Source: Escherichia coli (GTDB lineage: Bacteria; Pseudomonadota; Gammaproteobacteria; Enterobacterales; Enterobacteriaceae). From it: DNA of 64,000 nucleotides. Below the pieces are notes generated by a model, which made no database searches, was not told the DNA's origin, and worked only from the letters and a program-made list of their open reading frames with translations. The position numbers and the translations under genes are program-made. This document shows, one piece after another, positions 49,496 through 60,989 of this stretch (position 1 is its first letter; each line of letters starts with the position of its first letter). The stretch lies in NCBI RefSeq assembly GCF_050320075.1, contig NZ_CP190018.1. The stretch is one strand, 5' to 3'.

Positions 49496-51529
49496 TCACG
49501 CGTCCGGGAACATCACGCTATGGCCCGGCGCTTCACGATGGAGATGGATAAAGTTAAGGTGCCGCTCGTACTGATCGAGAATATCGGTGATCACCTGCTC
49601 TTTGCTGTAGTCCATCAGGTCGTTGCCCTGGCTGCCTTCTAACAGGAAAGTTTCCAGCCGGTAGTAGGTCGATTTACCGCTACGTGCGCGGTAGGTAAAG
49701 CCCGGCACCGAATATTGCTGCGGCCAAATCTGATAGACAAAGTTTTGCTCTTCGCCCATATGCACCAACAAATCCAGATGCCCCAACTGTTGTCCCTCTT
49801 CCGGCGGCAGGCTTTTTAGCTCCACGTACGCGCCGCGCAACCGCAGCTCCTGCGCCACTTCTTCCATTGCCGGGTAACAGACCGTCTCCATCATCTGTTT
49901 AGTGTAACGCGTGCCCGGATAATTCATCAGGCGCGAGAGACGTTTTTTCCAGCTCAGGCGATCCTGAAGCCCCAGCGGTCGCGGCGCGGTATCACGGTTG
50001 GCACTTTCACGGCGGTAATCTTCTACCTTCAGAGATTTATACAACCCCGCCATCACGAAGAAAATCACAAAGCTGAACGGCAGCCCCATGATTACCGTGG
50101 TGTTTTGCAGCGCGGATATCCCGTTGGTCATCAGCATGCCGAGCGTCAGCAGGCCAATCGCCACCGACCAGAAGACGCGCAGCCAGCCGGGGGCGTCGCT
50201 GTTGATATCTTTAAGCTGCGAGGTGAAATTCCCCAGCACCAGCGCCCCGGAGTCCGCCGAGGTCACATAAAACAGCAGGCCAGTAATGGTGGCGACGGAG
50301 GCGCTAAAGGTAAACGCCGGATACTGCGCCAGCAGGCTGTAGAAGCCGCGCTCCGGATGGACCATCGCTTCCTCGGCAAATGCCGCGCCGCCGTGGATGA
50401 TTTCATACAGCGCGCTATTGCCGAACACCGAGAGCCATAACAGCGTGAAGGTAAACGGAATAATCAACGTGCCCAGCACGAACTGGCGAATGGTACGCCC
50501 ACGCGAGATACGCGCCAGGAACAGGCCGACAAACGGCGACCATGCCACCCACCATGCCCAGAAGAAGAGCGTCCAGTTATTCATCCACTCAACCGGACGG
50601 TCGAAGGCAAAACTGTTGAGCGTCATGCCCATAAAGCGATTCACATAGTCGCCAACGTTCAGCACCAGCGCATTAAGCAGGAACGAGGTGTCGCCCATAA
50701 ACAGCACGAACAGGATCAACCCCAGCGCCAGCGCAACGTTGAGTTCCGATAACACGCGAATGCCCTTATCGACACCGGAGGTGACAGAGATCGTGGCGAT
50801 GATCACCGACAAGGCGATCAGTGCCGCTTTCGCCGCCATTGAATCGGGAATATCAAACAGTACGCTCAAGCCATAGTTAAGCTGTACCACACCGATACCG
50901 AGCGTAGTGGCAATACCGAAGATGGTGCCGATTACCGCTGCAATATCCACTGAATGACCAATCGGCCCGTTAATCCGTTTACCGAAGATCGGGTACAGCG
51001 CCGAGCGGATGGTGAGCGGCAAATTATAACGATAGCTAAAGTATCCGAGCGCCATGCCCATCAGCGCATACATCGACCAGCCGGTTAAGCCGTAGTGAAA
51101 CAGCGTCCAGACCATCGCCTGACGCGCAGCCTCAATCGTCTGACCCGCGCCTTCCGGCGGCTGCATATACTGCGTTACCGGTTCGGCTACGGAGAAGAAC
51201 ATCAGGTCGATACCGATCCCGGCAGCAAACAGCATCGCCGCCCAACTCAGCAGACTGAATTCCGGTTTGGATTGTTCTGGCCCGAGCTTCACCGAACCAA
51301 AACGCGAACAAGCGATACAGACCACAAAGACAATATAGAGCGTTGCCGCCAGCAGATAGTACCAACCGAAGGTTTTAGAGACCCAGTCCAGCGTGCGTCC
51401 AATCCACAGGGCCGAGAAGTCGCGAAACAGGATCGTTGTCAGGGAAAACAACAAAATCAGTCCGGCGGAAGTGTAAAACACCACCGGATTGATTTTGTCC
51501 TTTTCCCTGCTGTGTGAAAGGTCTGTCAT
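49496..51529 (-). CDS. betT: choline transporter (BCCT family)
   Basis: 677-aa polytopic ORF, divergent from betIBA. Confidence 0.95.
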   Translation of the reverse strand: MTDLSHSREKDKINPVVFYTSAGLILLFSLTTILFRDFSALWIGRTLDWVSKTFGWYYLLAATLYIVFVVCIACSRFGSVKLGPEQSKPEFSLLSWAAMLFAAGIGIDLMFFSVAEPVTQYMQPPEGAGQTIEAARQAMVWTLFHYGLTGWSMYALMGMALGYFSYRYNLPLTIRSALYPIFGKRINGPIGHSVDIAAVIGTIFGIATTLGIGVVQLNYGLSVLFDIPDSMAAKAALIALSVIIATISVTSGVDKGIRVLSELNVALALGLILFVLFMGDTSFLLNALVLNVGDYVNRFMGMTLNSFAFDRPVEWMNNWTLFFWAWWVAWSPFVGLFLARISRGRTIRQFVLGTLIIPFTFTLLWLSVFGNSALYEIIHGGAAFAEEAMVHPERGFYSLLAQYPAFTFSASVATITGLLFYVTSADSGALVLGNFTSQLKDINSDAPGWLRVFWSVAIGLLTLGMLMTNGISALQNTTVIMGLPFSFVIFFVMAGLYKSLKVEDYRRESANRDTAPRPLGLQDRLSWKKRLSRLMNYPGTRYTKQMMETVCYPAMEEVAQELRLRGAYVELKSLPPEEGQQLGHLDLLVHMGEEQNFVYQIWPQQYSVPGFTYRARSGKSTYYRLETFLLEGSQGNDLMDYSKEQVITDILDQYERHLNFIHLHREAPGHSVMFPDA

Positions 51530-51594
51530 CCAGTATCCCCACTGTTATTGTTACCATTTAAAATCAAATTCGTAACAATTAAGACACATTTTAT

Positions 51595-51612
51595 ATTGAA
51601 CGTCCAATCAAT
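51595..51612. promoter_or_regulatory. palindrome in the betT-betI divergent promoter region, candidate BetI operator
   Basis: ATTGAacgtccaATCAAT inverted repeat centred between the two divergent start codons. Confidence 0.5.
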
Positions 51613-51657
51613 AACCGCTTTAATAGATAAACAACGCTGATGAATGGAGTGGCGAAA

Positions 51658-52245
51658 ATGCCCAAATTGGGGATGCAGTCGATCCGGCGCAGACAACTGA
51701 TCGACGCCACGCTGGAAGCAATAAATGAAGTGGGCATGCACGATGCAACGATCGCGCAGATCGCCCGCCGTGCAGGCGTTTCTACGGGGATCATCAGCCA
51801 CTATTTCAGGGACAAAAATGGTCTGCTGGAAGCAACCATGCGCGATATCACCAGTCAGCTGCGTGACGCGGTTTTGAATCGATTACATGCACTTCCGCAG
51901 GGCAGTGCAGAGCAGCGATTATAGGCGATTGTTGACGGGAATTTCGATGAAACGCAGGTCAGTAATGCTGCGATGAAAGCCTGGTTGGCGTTTTGGGCCA
52001 GCAGTATGCATCAGCCAATGCTTTACCGTTTGCAGCAGGTGAGCAGCCGCCGCTTGTTGTCGAATCTGGTGAGCGAATTTCACCGCGAGTTACCGCGCCA
52101 ACAGGCACAGGAAGCGGGCTACGGCCTTGCCGCGCTGATTGACGGATTATGGCTGCGCGCGGCACTGAGCGGCAAACCGCTGGATAAACCTCTCGCACAC
52201 TCGCTGACCCGTCACTTTATTACTCAGCATTTACCCACCGATTAA
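51658..52245 (+). pseudogene. betI: TetR-family repressor of the bet regulon, interrupted by an in-frame TAG
   Basis: Frame [41 protein letters not shown]...SAEQRL, then TAG at 51922..51924, then the same frame continues [12 protein letters not shown]... to the normal stop at 52245. Confidence 0.85.
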
Positions 52246-52258
52246 CCGAGGAGACGTG

Positions 52259-53731
52259 ATGTCCCGAATGGCAGAACAGCAGCTTTATATACATGGTGGT
52301 TATACCTCCGCCACCAGCGGTCGCACCTTCGAGACCATTAACCCGGCCAACGGTAACGTGCTGGCGACCGTGCAGGCCGCCGGGCGTGAGGATGTCGATC
52401 GCGCCGTGAAGAGTGCCCAACAGGGGCAAAAAATCTGGGCGGCGATGACCGCTATGGAACGCTCGCGTATTCTGCGTCGGGCCGTTGATATTCTGCGTGA
52501 ACGCAATAACGAACTCGCAAAACTGGAAACCCTCGACACCGGAAAAGCGTATTCGGAAACCTCAACCGTCGATATCGTTACCGGCGCGGACGTGCTCGAG
52601 TACTACGCCGGGCTGATCCCGTCGCTGGAAGGCAGCCAGATCCCATTGCGTGAGACGTCATTTGTCTATACCCGCCGCGAACCGCTGGGCGTAGTGGCAG
52701 GGATTGGCGCATGGAACTACCCGATCCAGATTGCCCTGTGGAAATCCGCCCCGGCGCTGGCGGCAGGCAATGCAATGATCTTCAAACCGAGCGAAGTCAC
52801 CCCGCTTACCGCGTTAAAGCTGGCTGAAATTTACAGCGAAGCGGGCCTGCCGGACGGTGTATTTAACGTGTTGCCGGGCGTGGGCGCGGAGACCGGGCAA
52901 TATCTGACCGATCATCCGGGCATTGCCAAAGTGTCATTTACCGGCGGTGTCGCCAGCGGCAAAAAAGTGATGGCTAACTCGGCAGCTTCCTCCCTGAAAG
53001 AAGTGACCATGGAACTGGGCGGTAAATCGCCGCTGATCGTTTTCGACGATGCAGATCTCGATCTCGCCGCTGATATCGCCATGATGGCGAACTTCTTCAG
53101 CTCCGGTCAGGTGTGTACCAACGGCACCCGCGTCTTCGTTCCGGCGAAATGCAAAGCCGCATTTGAACAAAAGATTCTGGCGCGCGTTGAGCGCATTCGC
53201 GCGGGCGACGTTTTCGATCCGCAAACTAACTTTGGCCCGCTGGTCAGCTTCCCGCATCGCGATAACGTGCTGCGTTACATCGCCAAAGGCAAAGAGGAAG
53301 GCGCGCGCGTACTGTGCGGCGGCGATGTACTGAAAGGCGATGGCTTCGATAACGGCGCATGGGTTGCACCGACCGTGTTCACCGATTGCCGCGACGAAAT
53401 GACCATCGTGCGCGAAGAGATCTTCGGTCCGGTGATGTCGCTTCTCACTTATGAATCTGAGGACGAAGTGATTCGCCGCGCCAATGATACCGACTACGGC
53501 CTGGCGGCGGGCATCGTGACGGCGGACCTGAACCGCGCGCATCGCGTCATTCATCAGCTGGAAGCGGGTATTTGCTGGATCAACACCTGGGGCGAATCCC
53601 CTGCTGAGATGCCCGTTGGCGGCTACAAACACTCCGGCATTGGTCGCGAGAACGGCGTGATGACGCTCCAGAGTTACACCCAGGTGAAGTCCATCCAGGT
53701 TGAGATGGCTAAATTCCAGTCCATATTCTAA
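52259..53731 (+). CDS. betB: betaine aldehyde dehydrogenase
   Basis: ORF 52256..53731; start placed at [15 protein letters not shown] (490 aa). Confidence 0.95.
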
Positions 53732-53744
53732 CCAGGAGGTTTAT

Positions 53745-55415
53745 TTGCAATTTGACTACATCATTATTGGTGCCGGCTCAGCCGGCAACGTTCTCGCTAC
53801 CCGTCTGACTGAAGATCCGAACACAACCGTGCTGCTGCTTGAAGCAGGCGGCCCGGACTATCGCTTTGACTTCCGCACCCAGATGCCCGCCGCGCTGGCA
53901 TTCCCGCTACAGGGTAAACGCTATAACTGGGCCTATGAGACGGAACCGGAACCGTTTATGAACAACCGTCGCATGGAGTGCGGACGCGGTAAGGGGCTTG
54001 GCGGGTCATCACTGATCAACGGCATGTGTTACATCCGTGGTAACGCGCTGGATCTCGATAACTGGGCGCAAGAACCCGGTCTGGAGAACTGGAGTTATCT
54101 CGACTGCCTGCCCTACTACCGCAAGGCCGAGACTCGCGATGTAGGCGAGAACGACTACCACGGTGGCGATGGCCCGGTGAGCGTCACTACCTCCAAACCC
54201 GGCGTCAATCCGCTGTTTGAAGCGATGATTGAAGCGGGCGTGCAGGCAGGCTACCCGCGCACGGACGATCTCAACGGCTATCAGCAGGAAGGTTTTGGCC
54301 CGATGGATCGCACCGTCACGCCGCATGGCCGTCGCGCCAGCACCGCGCGTGGCTATCTCGATCAGGCCAAATCGCGCCCTAACCTGACCATTCGTACTCA
54401 CGCCATGACCGATCACATCATTTTTGACGGCAAACGCGCGGTGGGCGTCGAGTGGCTGGAAGGCGACAGCACCATTCCAACCCGCGCGACAGCGAATAAA
54501 GAGGTGCTGTTATGTGCAGGTGCGATCGCCTCTCCGCAGATCCTGCAACGTTCCGGCGTGGGTAGCGCTGAACTGCTGGCGGAGTTTGATATTCCGCTGG
54601 TGCATGATTTACCCGGCGTCGGCGAAAATCTTCAGGATCACCTGGAGATGTACCTGCAATATGAGTGCAAAGAACCGGTTTCCCTCTACCCTGCCCTGCA
54701 GTGGTGGAATCAGCCGAAAATCGGTGCGGAGTGGCTGTTTGGCGGCACCGGCGTTGGTGCCAGCAACCACTTTGAAGCAGGCGGATTTATTCGCAGCCGT
54801 GAGGAATTTGCGTGGCCGAATATTCAGTACCATTTCCTGCCAGTGGCGATTAACTATAACGGCTCGAACGCAGTGAAAGAGCACGGCTTCCAGTGCCACG
54901 TCGGATCGATGCGCTCGCCAAGCCGTGGGCATGTGCGGATTAAATCCCGCGACCCGCACCAGCATCCAGCGATTCTGTTTAACTACATGTCGCACGAGCA
55001 GGACTGGCAGGAGTTCCGCGACGCAATTCGCATCACCCGCGAGATCATGCATCAACCGGCGCTGGATCAGTATCGTGGCCGCGAAATCAGCCCCGGTGTC
55101 GAATGCCAGACGGATGAGCAGCTCGATGAGTTCGTGCGTAACCACGCCGAAACCGCCTTCCACCCGTGCGGTACCTGCAAAATGGGTTATGACGAGATGG
55201 CAGTGGTTGACGGCGAAGGCCGCGTACACGGGCTGGAAGGCCTGCGCGTGGTGGATGCGTCAATTATGCCGCAGATTATCACCGGCAATTTGAACGCCAC
55301 GACTATTATGATTGGCGAGAAAATGGCGGATATGATTCGCGGGAAGGATGCGTTGCCGAGGAGCACGGCGGGATATTATGTGGCAAATGGGAGGCCGGTG
55401 AGAGCGAAAAAATGA
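53745..55415 (+). CDS. betA: choline dehydrogenase (GMC oxidoreductase), apparent TTG start
   Basis: FAD motif [18 protein letters not shown]; the codon aligned to the remembered K-12 N-terminus (MQFDY) is TTG at 53745, 5 nt after AGGAGG; ORF overlaps the betB 3' end. Confidence 0.9.
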   Translation: MQFDYIIIGAGSAGNVLATRLTEDPNTTVLLLEAGGPDYRFDFRTQMPAALAFPLQGKRYNWAYETEPEPFMNNRRMECGRGKGLGGSSLINGMCYIRGNALDLDNWAQEPGLENWSYLDCLPYYRKAETRDVGENDYHGGDGPVSVTTSKPGVNPLFEAMIEAGVQAGYPRTDDLNGYQQEGFGPMDRTVTPHGRRASTARGYLDQAKSRPNLTIRTHAMTDHIIFDGKRAVGVEWLEGDSTIPTRATANKEVLLCAGAIASPQILQRSGVGSAELLAEFDIPLVHDLPGVGENLQDHLEMYLQYECKEPVSLYPALQWWNQPKIGAEWLFGGTGVGASNHFEAGGFIRSREEFAWPNIQYHFLPVAINYNGSNAVKEHGFQCHVGSMRSPSRGHVRIKSRDPHQHPAILFNYMSHEQDWQEFRDAIRITREIMHQPALDQYRGREISPGVECQTDEQLDEFVRNHAETAFHPCGTCKMGYDEMAVVDGEGRVHGLEGLRVVDASIMPQIITGNLNATTIMIGEKMADMIRGKDALPRSTAGYYVANGRPVRAKK

Positions 55416-55625
55416 GTCGTGATGTGAACTGACTCAGGAACCTATCAGATTGAGAGTTACCGTTCTACTATGAGGACCGAATCCTTATATAAAACACTGA
55501 GGTAACTCTCATGCTTCATATCCAGTATTCATGATGCTGGTTTTTTGCTGATATTTAACCCGAACACTCCTGATACAGCCTATTAATTCATTTATCTGCG
55601 GCAGATTTTATTTTCTGGATATATT

Positions 55626-56294
55626 ATGAGTGAACAAATCAAACAGGATATCGATCTGATTGAGATTTTATTTTATCTGAAGAAAAAGATTCGTATTATC
55701 CTTTTTATTATAACTATCTGTATGGCAATGGTGCTGTTGTTTCTGTATATCAATAAAGATAATATAAAAGTGAGTTACAGCCTAAAAATAAACCAGACAA
55801 CACCAGGCATACTTGTTAGCTGTGATAGCAATAATAACTTTGCCTGTCAGACCACAATGACTGAAGATGTTATTCAGCGAATTACTACATTTTTTCAGAC
55901 CAGCCCAGATGTCAAGAACAGAGAAATAAAGCTGGAATGGTCAGGAGATAAGAGAGATTTACCAACTGCTGAAGCGGAAATATCTCGCGTGCAGGCGTCT
56001 ATTATCAAATGGTATGCGTCAGAATATCATAATGGCAGGCAAGTTCTCGATGAGATACAAACACCTTCAGCAATTAACAGTGAGCTTTATACAAAAATGA
56101 TATACCTGACCAGGAACTGGTCATTGTATCCGAACGGTGATGGCTGTGTAACTATAAGCTCACCAGAAATAAAAAATAAATACCCTGCTGCCATTTGCCT
56201 GGCTCTGGGATTTTTTATAAGCATTGTAATTTCTGTAATGTTTTGCCTTGTCAAAAAAATGGTAGATGAATACCAACAAAACTCTGGGCAGTAA
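55626..56294 (+). CDS. ykgH: uncharacterised inner-membrane protein (low-GC gene)
   Basis: 222-aa ORF with N- and C-terminal hydrophobic helices; AT-rich. Confidence 0.8.
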   Translation: MSEQIKQDIDLIEILFYLKKKIRIILFIITICMAMVLLFLYINKDNIKVSYSLKINQTTPGILVSCDSNNNFACQTTMTEDVIQRITTFFQTSPDVKNREIKLEWSGDKRDLPTAEAEISRVQASIIKWYASEYHNGRQVLDEIQTPSAINSELYTKMIYLTRNWSLYPNGDGCVTISSPEIKNKYPAAICLALGFFISIVISVMFCLVKKMVDEYQQNSGQ

Positions 56295-56536
56295 TAAACA
56301 GCATTCTGACAGAGAGTGCCTGTATAAAACTATAGTGACAATGACCGGGAAGGGAGCCCGTCTTCAGGAATGGATTCCTGTCTTTTTCACTGTAAATATC
56401 CTGGCATTACTAATGCCAGGATATTTACAGAAGAGCAGCATAACCATGACGGAACGGGGTTAAGTCAGGTTGTCCTTAACGCTATTCACAACCTCGTATG
56501 CCGCCTTCAGGTTTATGTCCAGACTTCATATCTCTC

Positions 56537-57232
56537 TCAGCAATCCTCAATAATCAGATACACCGCTTTCACCGGGCCATGAACCCCGACGACTTTGATA
56601 AGCTCAATATCCGCCGTTGAACTAGGGCCGCTAATGATGTTAATGCAGGACGGCATTCGTTCACCGGCCTGCGCTTTCTGATGCAATTTTTCTGCGAGTT
56701 GCGCTACACGCGGCAGGATTGTGCTTTTACGCAGGATAAAAAGAGAAGATTCCGGGAGCAGGCTCAATGAACGCCCGCGCTCGGCGGCGGAAAAAAGAAC
56801 CACGCCTCCCGATTCGGTTAAACCATATTCAGCATACACGACACCCACTTTAGCCTGCTCTGCCTGCGAGATATTCTCGGCACCTTTCGCCGGATCCCAA
56901 ACAACGGCATTGCATTCCTGCTGCAAACGTTCGCTAATCCCTAATTCCTCCAGCCTCGTGTCATCGCTAATCACGACCGACTGATCTCCCAGCTCTTTAC
57001 ACAGTCGTATTGCAGCTTCTGCCGCCTGCGCCTCGCTGGTCAGTTCGCAGCGCGTCAACATAACATCGCTGGCAAACTGGATAAACGCGTCACAGCGCTG
57101 CTGTTGGTTAAGTTCGGTAAGCCGCTCGTTAGCATAGTTGTTAAGCGGCGCATCTTCTGCTTGCGGTTCAAGTCGCAGCGGGCGACCCAGTGCCTGAGCA
57201 ACGTTATTCAAAAATTCGCTCCGATTATCCAT
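56537..57232 (-). CDS. ykgG: LutC-like lactate-utilisation protein
   Basis: ORF 56537..57379; start placed at MDNRSEFLNNVAQALGRPL (231 aa). Confidence 0.85.
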   Translation of the reverse strand: MDNRSEFLNNVAQALGRPLRLEPQAEDAPLNNYANERLTELNQQQRCDAFIQFASDVMLTRCELTSEAQAAEAAIRLCKELGDQSVVISDDTRLEELGISERLQQECNAVVWDPAKGAENISQAEQAKVGVVYAEYGLTESGGVVLFSAAERGRSLSLLPESSLFILRKSTILPRVAQLAEKLHQKAQAGERMPSCINIISGPSSTADIELIKVVGVHGPVKAVYLIIEDC

Positions 57233-58652
57233 TCTTTTTCTCCTGCGCCTGATGTTTCTTAAACCAACTACGGAAACTCTCTCCGTCAGCTTCAGGAAGA
57301 TCGCGTGCTTCCATCCAGTCGCTAATCGCGCCAAATTTGAGTGGTGTTTTGCCGCCATTGATAAACCAGCTTGCCGCATGAGCGCCGGCCATCATCCCGA
57401 CTTTCCACAATCCTGGATGACTATTGGCATAAGCGAACATTTTTATCGCCCGTTGCTCTGCTTTTGCGGTGATCCCTTTTTCAGCCATCACCCGACGATG
57501 ACGCAAAATCAGTTTTGACAGCGGAATACGCACCGGACACACGCTGTCACAAGCGGTGCATAAAGAGCAGGCGTAGGGTAAATCTTTAAAATCTTTATAG
57601 CCGCCAAGTAGCGGAGAAATCACCGCACCAATTGGCCCTGGATAAATAGAGCCATATCCATGACCGCCAATATGGCGATATGCCGGACAAGTATTCATAC
57701 AAGCCCCGCAGCGAATACAGCGCAGCACATCCCGAAATTCAGAGGCCAGCACCTCAGAACGCCCGTTATCGACAATAACCAGATGAAACTCTTCAGGACC
57801 ATCAACGTGCCCCGCTTCGCGCGGTCCTGTCAGCCAGGTGTTGTATCCCGTCAAACGTGCACCAACGGCACTGCGCGCCAGCATGGTGATCAATACATCT
57901 ACCTCGGCAAACGTGGGGGCAATACGCTCCATTCCCATCACTGCAATATGCGTTTTAGGCAGCGTGGTACACATTCGCGCATTACCTTCATTGGTCACCA
58001 GGCATACCGAACCTGTCTCTGCCACCGCGAAATTACAGCCGGTAATACCTATTTCAGCACTGAGGAAATCTTCGCGGATTTTTTGCCGGATGAATAAGGT
58101 CATTGCTTCAGGCGTTTCCGACCCCTCATAGCCCAGACGTTCGTGTAGCACCCGACGGATCTGATGGCGATCTTTATGAATTGCCGGGACCACAACATGA
58201 GAGGGCGGATCTTGATCCAGCTGGAGAATGTATTCACCCAGATCGGTTTCAATCACCTGAATGCCAGCATCCTGCAACACATGATTGACACCAATCTCTT
58301 CGGTCACCATCGATTTAGATTTCACCACCTTCCGGGCATTTTTGCGTTGGGCAACCTGTAAAATGTAGCGGGTAGCGTCTTCTTTGGTTTTTGCAAAATA
58401 GACGTGACCGCCGTTTTGCGTCACTTTTTCTGAGAGCTGGTACAGATAAGCGTCGAGATTACTCAGAACATGATCACGTATCTGGGCGGCCCGATCGCGC
58501 CACTCCTCCCAGTGCCCCAATTCATCGACCATTTTTTGCCGATTTGCCCCGATACGCTGCTGCGCGTTTGCCACCGCTTTGCGCATGATCGGATCTTCAA
58601 TTTGCTGACGGATGCGTGTCTTAAAATCTGTATTACTGGTTTTGATCGACAT
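57225..58652 (-). CDS. ykgF: LutB-like iron-sulfur protein
   Basis: 475-aa ORF with CxxCxxC ferredoxin-type cysteine motifs (CIRCGACMNTCP, CSLCTACDSVCP). Confidence 0.9.
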   Translation of the reverse strand: MSIKTSNTDFKTRIRQQIEDPIMRKAVANAQQRIGANRQKMVDELGHWEEWRDRAAQIRDHVLSNLDAYLYQLSEKVTQNGGHVYFAKTKEDATRYILQVAQRKNARKVVKSKSMVTEEIGVNHVLQDAGIQVIETDLGEYILQLDQDPPSHVVVPAIHKDRHQIRRVLHERLGYEGSETPEAMTLFIRQKIREDFLSAEIGITGCNFAVAETGSVCLVTNEGNARMCTTLPKTHIAVMGMERIAPTFAEVDVLITMLARSAVGARLTGYNTWLTGPREAGHVDGPEEFHLVIVDNGRSEVLASEFRDVLRCIRCGACMNTCPAYRHIGGHGYGSIYPGPIGAVISPLLGGYKDFKDLPYACSLCTACDSVCPVRIPLSKLILRHRRVMAEKGITAKAEQRAIKMFAYANSHPGLWKVGMMAGAHAASWFINGGKTPLKFGAISDWMEARDLPEADGESFRSWFKKHQAQEKKNG

Positions 58653-58662
58653 CTTTATATCC

Positions 58663-59382
58663 TCAGCAGCTCATCAACACTTCAGCAATATGCATCACTT
58701 TGACTTTCTGCCCTTCCCGTTGTAATCGCCCACTGATGTTCAGCAGGCAACTCACGTCAGCACCTATTAAATACTCAGGGCGGACTTCCATCAGGTGCGC
58801 AACCTTTTCTTTCACCATCTCGCCGGATATTTCGGCCATTTTGACCGAGAACGTGCCGCCAAATCCGCAGCAGGTATCCTGTTCAGCAAAGGTCAACAGC
58901 TCCAGTCCACGCACATTTTTCAGCAGCGTAAGTGGCTCGTCCTTCACCCCCAGCTTACGGGCCAGGCTACAAGATGGGTGATACACCGCTCTCCCTTGCA
59001 AACTGGCACCTACATCGACTACCCCTAATGTATTAACAATAAAAGAGGTGAGATCCTGCATACGCGCGGCAACCTTTTCGGCACGTGATGCCCATTCAGG
59101 CTCATCCGCCAGATACGTTGGGTAACTTTTTACGGCATAGGTACAGGAGCCAGCCGGTGAAATAATGGGATCGTCGTTATCCTCCAGTGCGGCGATCAGA
59201 TTTTTCATCCCTGGAATCGCTTCTTTGATATAACCACTATTGATCGCAGGCTGACCGCAGCATCCTTGTTTCTCCGGGAAATTTACGCGACAGCCGAGTT
59301 TTTCCAGTAGCAGCACGGAGTCTCGTGCCATTCTTGATTTCAGGGCGTCACCAATACAGGTGACAAAGAAATTGACATTCAC
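58663..59382 (-). CDS. ykgE: LutA-like cysteine-rich oxidoreductase subunit
   Basis: 239-aa ORF with CCG-type cysteine motifs. Confidence 0.9.
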   Translation of the reverse strand: MNVNFFVTCIGDALKSRMARDSVLLLEKLGCRVNFPEKQGCCGQPAINSGYIKEAIPGMKNLIAALEDNDDPIISPAGSCTYAVKSYPTYLADEPEWASRAEKVAARMQDLTSFIVNTLGVVDVGASLQGRAVYHPSCSLARKLGVKDEPLTLLKNVRGLELLTFAEQDTCCGFGGTFSVKMAEISGEMVKEKVAHLMEVRPEYLIGADVSCLLNISGRLQREGQKVKVMHIAEVLMSC

Positions 59383-59908
59383 AACTAATACTCCATTACT
59401 TCATGCCCATTTATGCCCGATGGTTCCCCCCACCGGGGGATCAATCATCAATAAATATGGCGTTCTTTTTTAATTGGCTAGCAACATACCACCCCTCATT
59501 TGTATGACAAATGATAATCTTTCATCCAAACTTCAAATGCAATAACTAATTTTATTTCTTTCGGCATCGCTCACATTTTATAGGGAAATCGACGATCATT
59601 TTTGGCATAAGAAATCCATTTAAAAAGGCTACATCCCTTATACCTATTCAGTGCTACTTATTCAGGGGTTATTGAGATATACACTGATGGTGTACAAACA
59701 AAATCACCAACAATAATTACGTATCAAGTAATAATCGGCATTTTATTTAATTGAAGCAATTTAGTTTGCATTTTTATTTAAAAACTGAGCTAGAGTCCAT
59801 CAGAAAAAAATATATAAAGCCCAAACCACCGTTGGAAATAGAAATAGTTGAAAGGCTCACAACTCCCGGAATGCGGATTATCTTTGCCCTGATTTCTGGC
59901 GGTTTTAT

Positions 59909-60763
59909 TCAGGGTGCAAGCTGTCTGACCCTTTCCCGATATTCTCCCGGAGTACAACCAAACTCGCGGACAAACGCCTTGTGAAAAGATGATTCACTGG
60001 CATAGCCTACTGACTCAGCGATCACCACAACAGGGAGCATTTCCCGGGAAAACATCTGGGCCGCTATTTGTAGACGCAACTTTGTTAATACAGCTAGCGG
60101 CGTGGTTCCGGAAACATCACGGAAAAGCTGGGCAAAACTTGCCCGGGACATGTGGGCGATGCTGGCCAGCGATTCGACGGTCCAGGCGTGTCCTGGCATT
60201 TCCAGCATTTGCTGTATTACCGCACCAAGACGTGGATGCAGAAGCAAACTGAGAATGTTTTTCTCTGTATTAACCTGTGCAATCCACTCACGCACCGCGA
60301 GGGTAAAGAATGTAGCGCAGATCTGGCTACACAGAGCATCCACTCCCGGCATTGCCGATCTGGATTCCTGTTGTAAAAACGGGATCGCCTCCCTCAGCCA
60401 GTTATATTCCACGCTATGGTTCACTGGTGCTACAAACAGCGTTTCCGGCAAAGACGTTAAAAAATAACGCGCCGAATGTTGCAGCCGAAGAGTGCCACAG
60501 ACAATACAGGTCGATTCATTTTCGACATGACTCAGGCGATGAGCTGAATTTTGTGGTAGCAGGACCACATTTCCCGGGCGTAATGTAAAAATCTCTCCCG
60601 TCGGCATTTCCAGCTTCGCCGCTCCTTGCGTTAACGCATGCCAACGAATAACCGACAATTCCCCGGCACCATGTGGAAGTTGCCAGTCACTTCCTAACAC
60701 GCAATTCTTATCGATCGTTCCTTGTGGAGCGTTAAGCATCAACAAACGGCTAAGAGCATCCAT
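59909..60763 (-). CDS. rclR: AraC-family redox-sensing activator of rclABC
   Basis: ORF 59909..60814; start placed at MDALSRLLMLNAPQ (284 aa); C-terminal AraC HTH. Confidence 0.88.
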   Translation of the reverse strand: MDALSRLLMLNAPQGTIDKNCVLGSDWQLPHGAGELSVIRWHALTQGAAKLEMPTGEIFTLRPGNVVLLPQNSAHRLSHVENESTCIVCGTLRLQHSARYFLTSLPETLFVAPVNHSVEYNWLREAIPFLQQESRSAMPGVDALCSQICATFFTLAVREWIAQVNTEKNILSLLLHPRLGAVIQQMLEMPGHAWTVESLASIAHMSRASFAQLFRDVSGTTPLAVLTKLRLQIAAQMFSREMLPVVVIAESVGYASESSFHKAFVREFGCTPGEYRERVRQLAP

Positions 60764-60989
60764 ATCAGACTCCTGAGTAGTTTTTTGATTACAAACACCA
60801 ACAATCTTAGTCAATAATTAATCTAATACCATCAAATAGTTAATCATGATTTTTGTTTTGTGATTCTGATTAAGAAAAAGAAAATACCAGACGATAAGAC
60901 AAAACATCAAGCGTTGTGAAGAAATGTTATTTGCTCTTTTGCGTCTATAGTCATGATGTCAAATGAACGCGTTTCGACAGGAAATCATC
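60764..60989. promoter_or_regulatory. rclR-rclA divergent promoter region
   Basis: AT-rich spacer between divergent genes; role inferred from the known RclR system. Confidence 0.45.

Noticed and set aside
52934-53632. 232-aa minus-strand ORF
   Set aside because: Antisense to betB; shadow ORF.
54609-55229. 206-aa minus-strand ORF
   Set aside because: Antisense to betA; shadow ORF.
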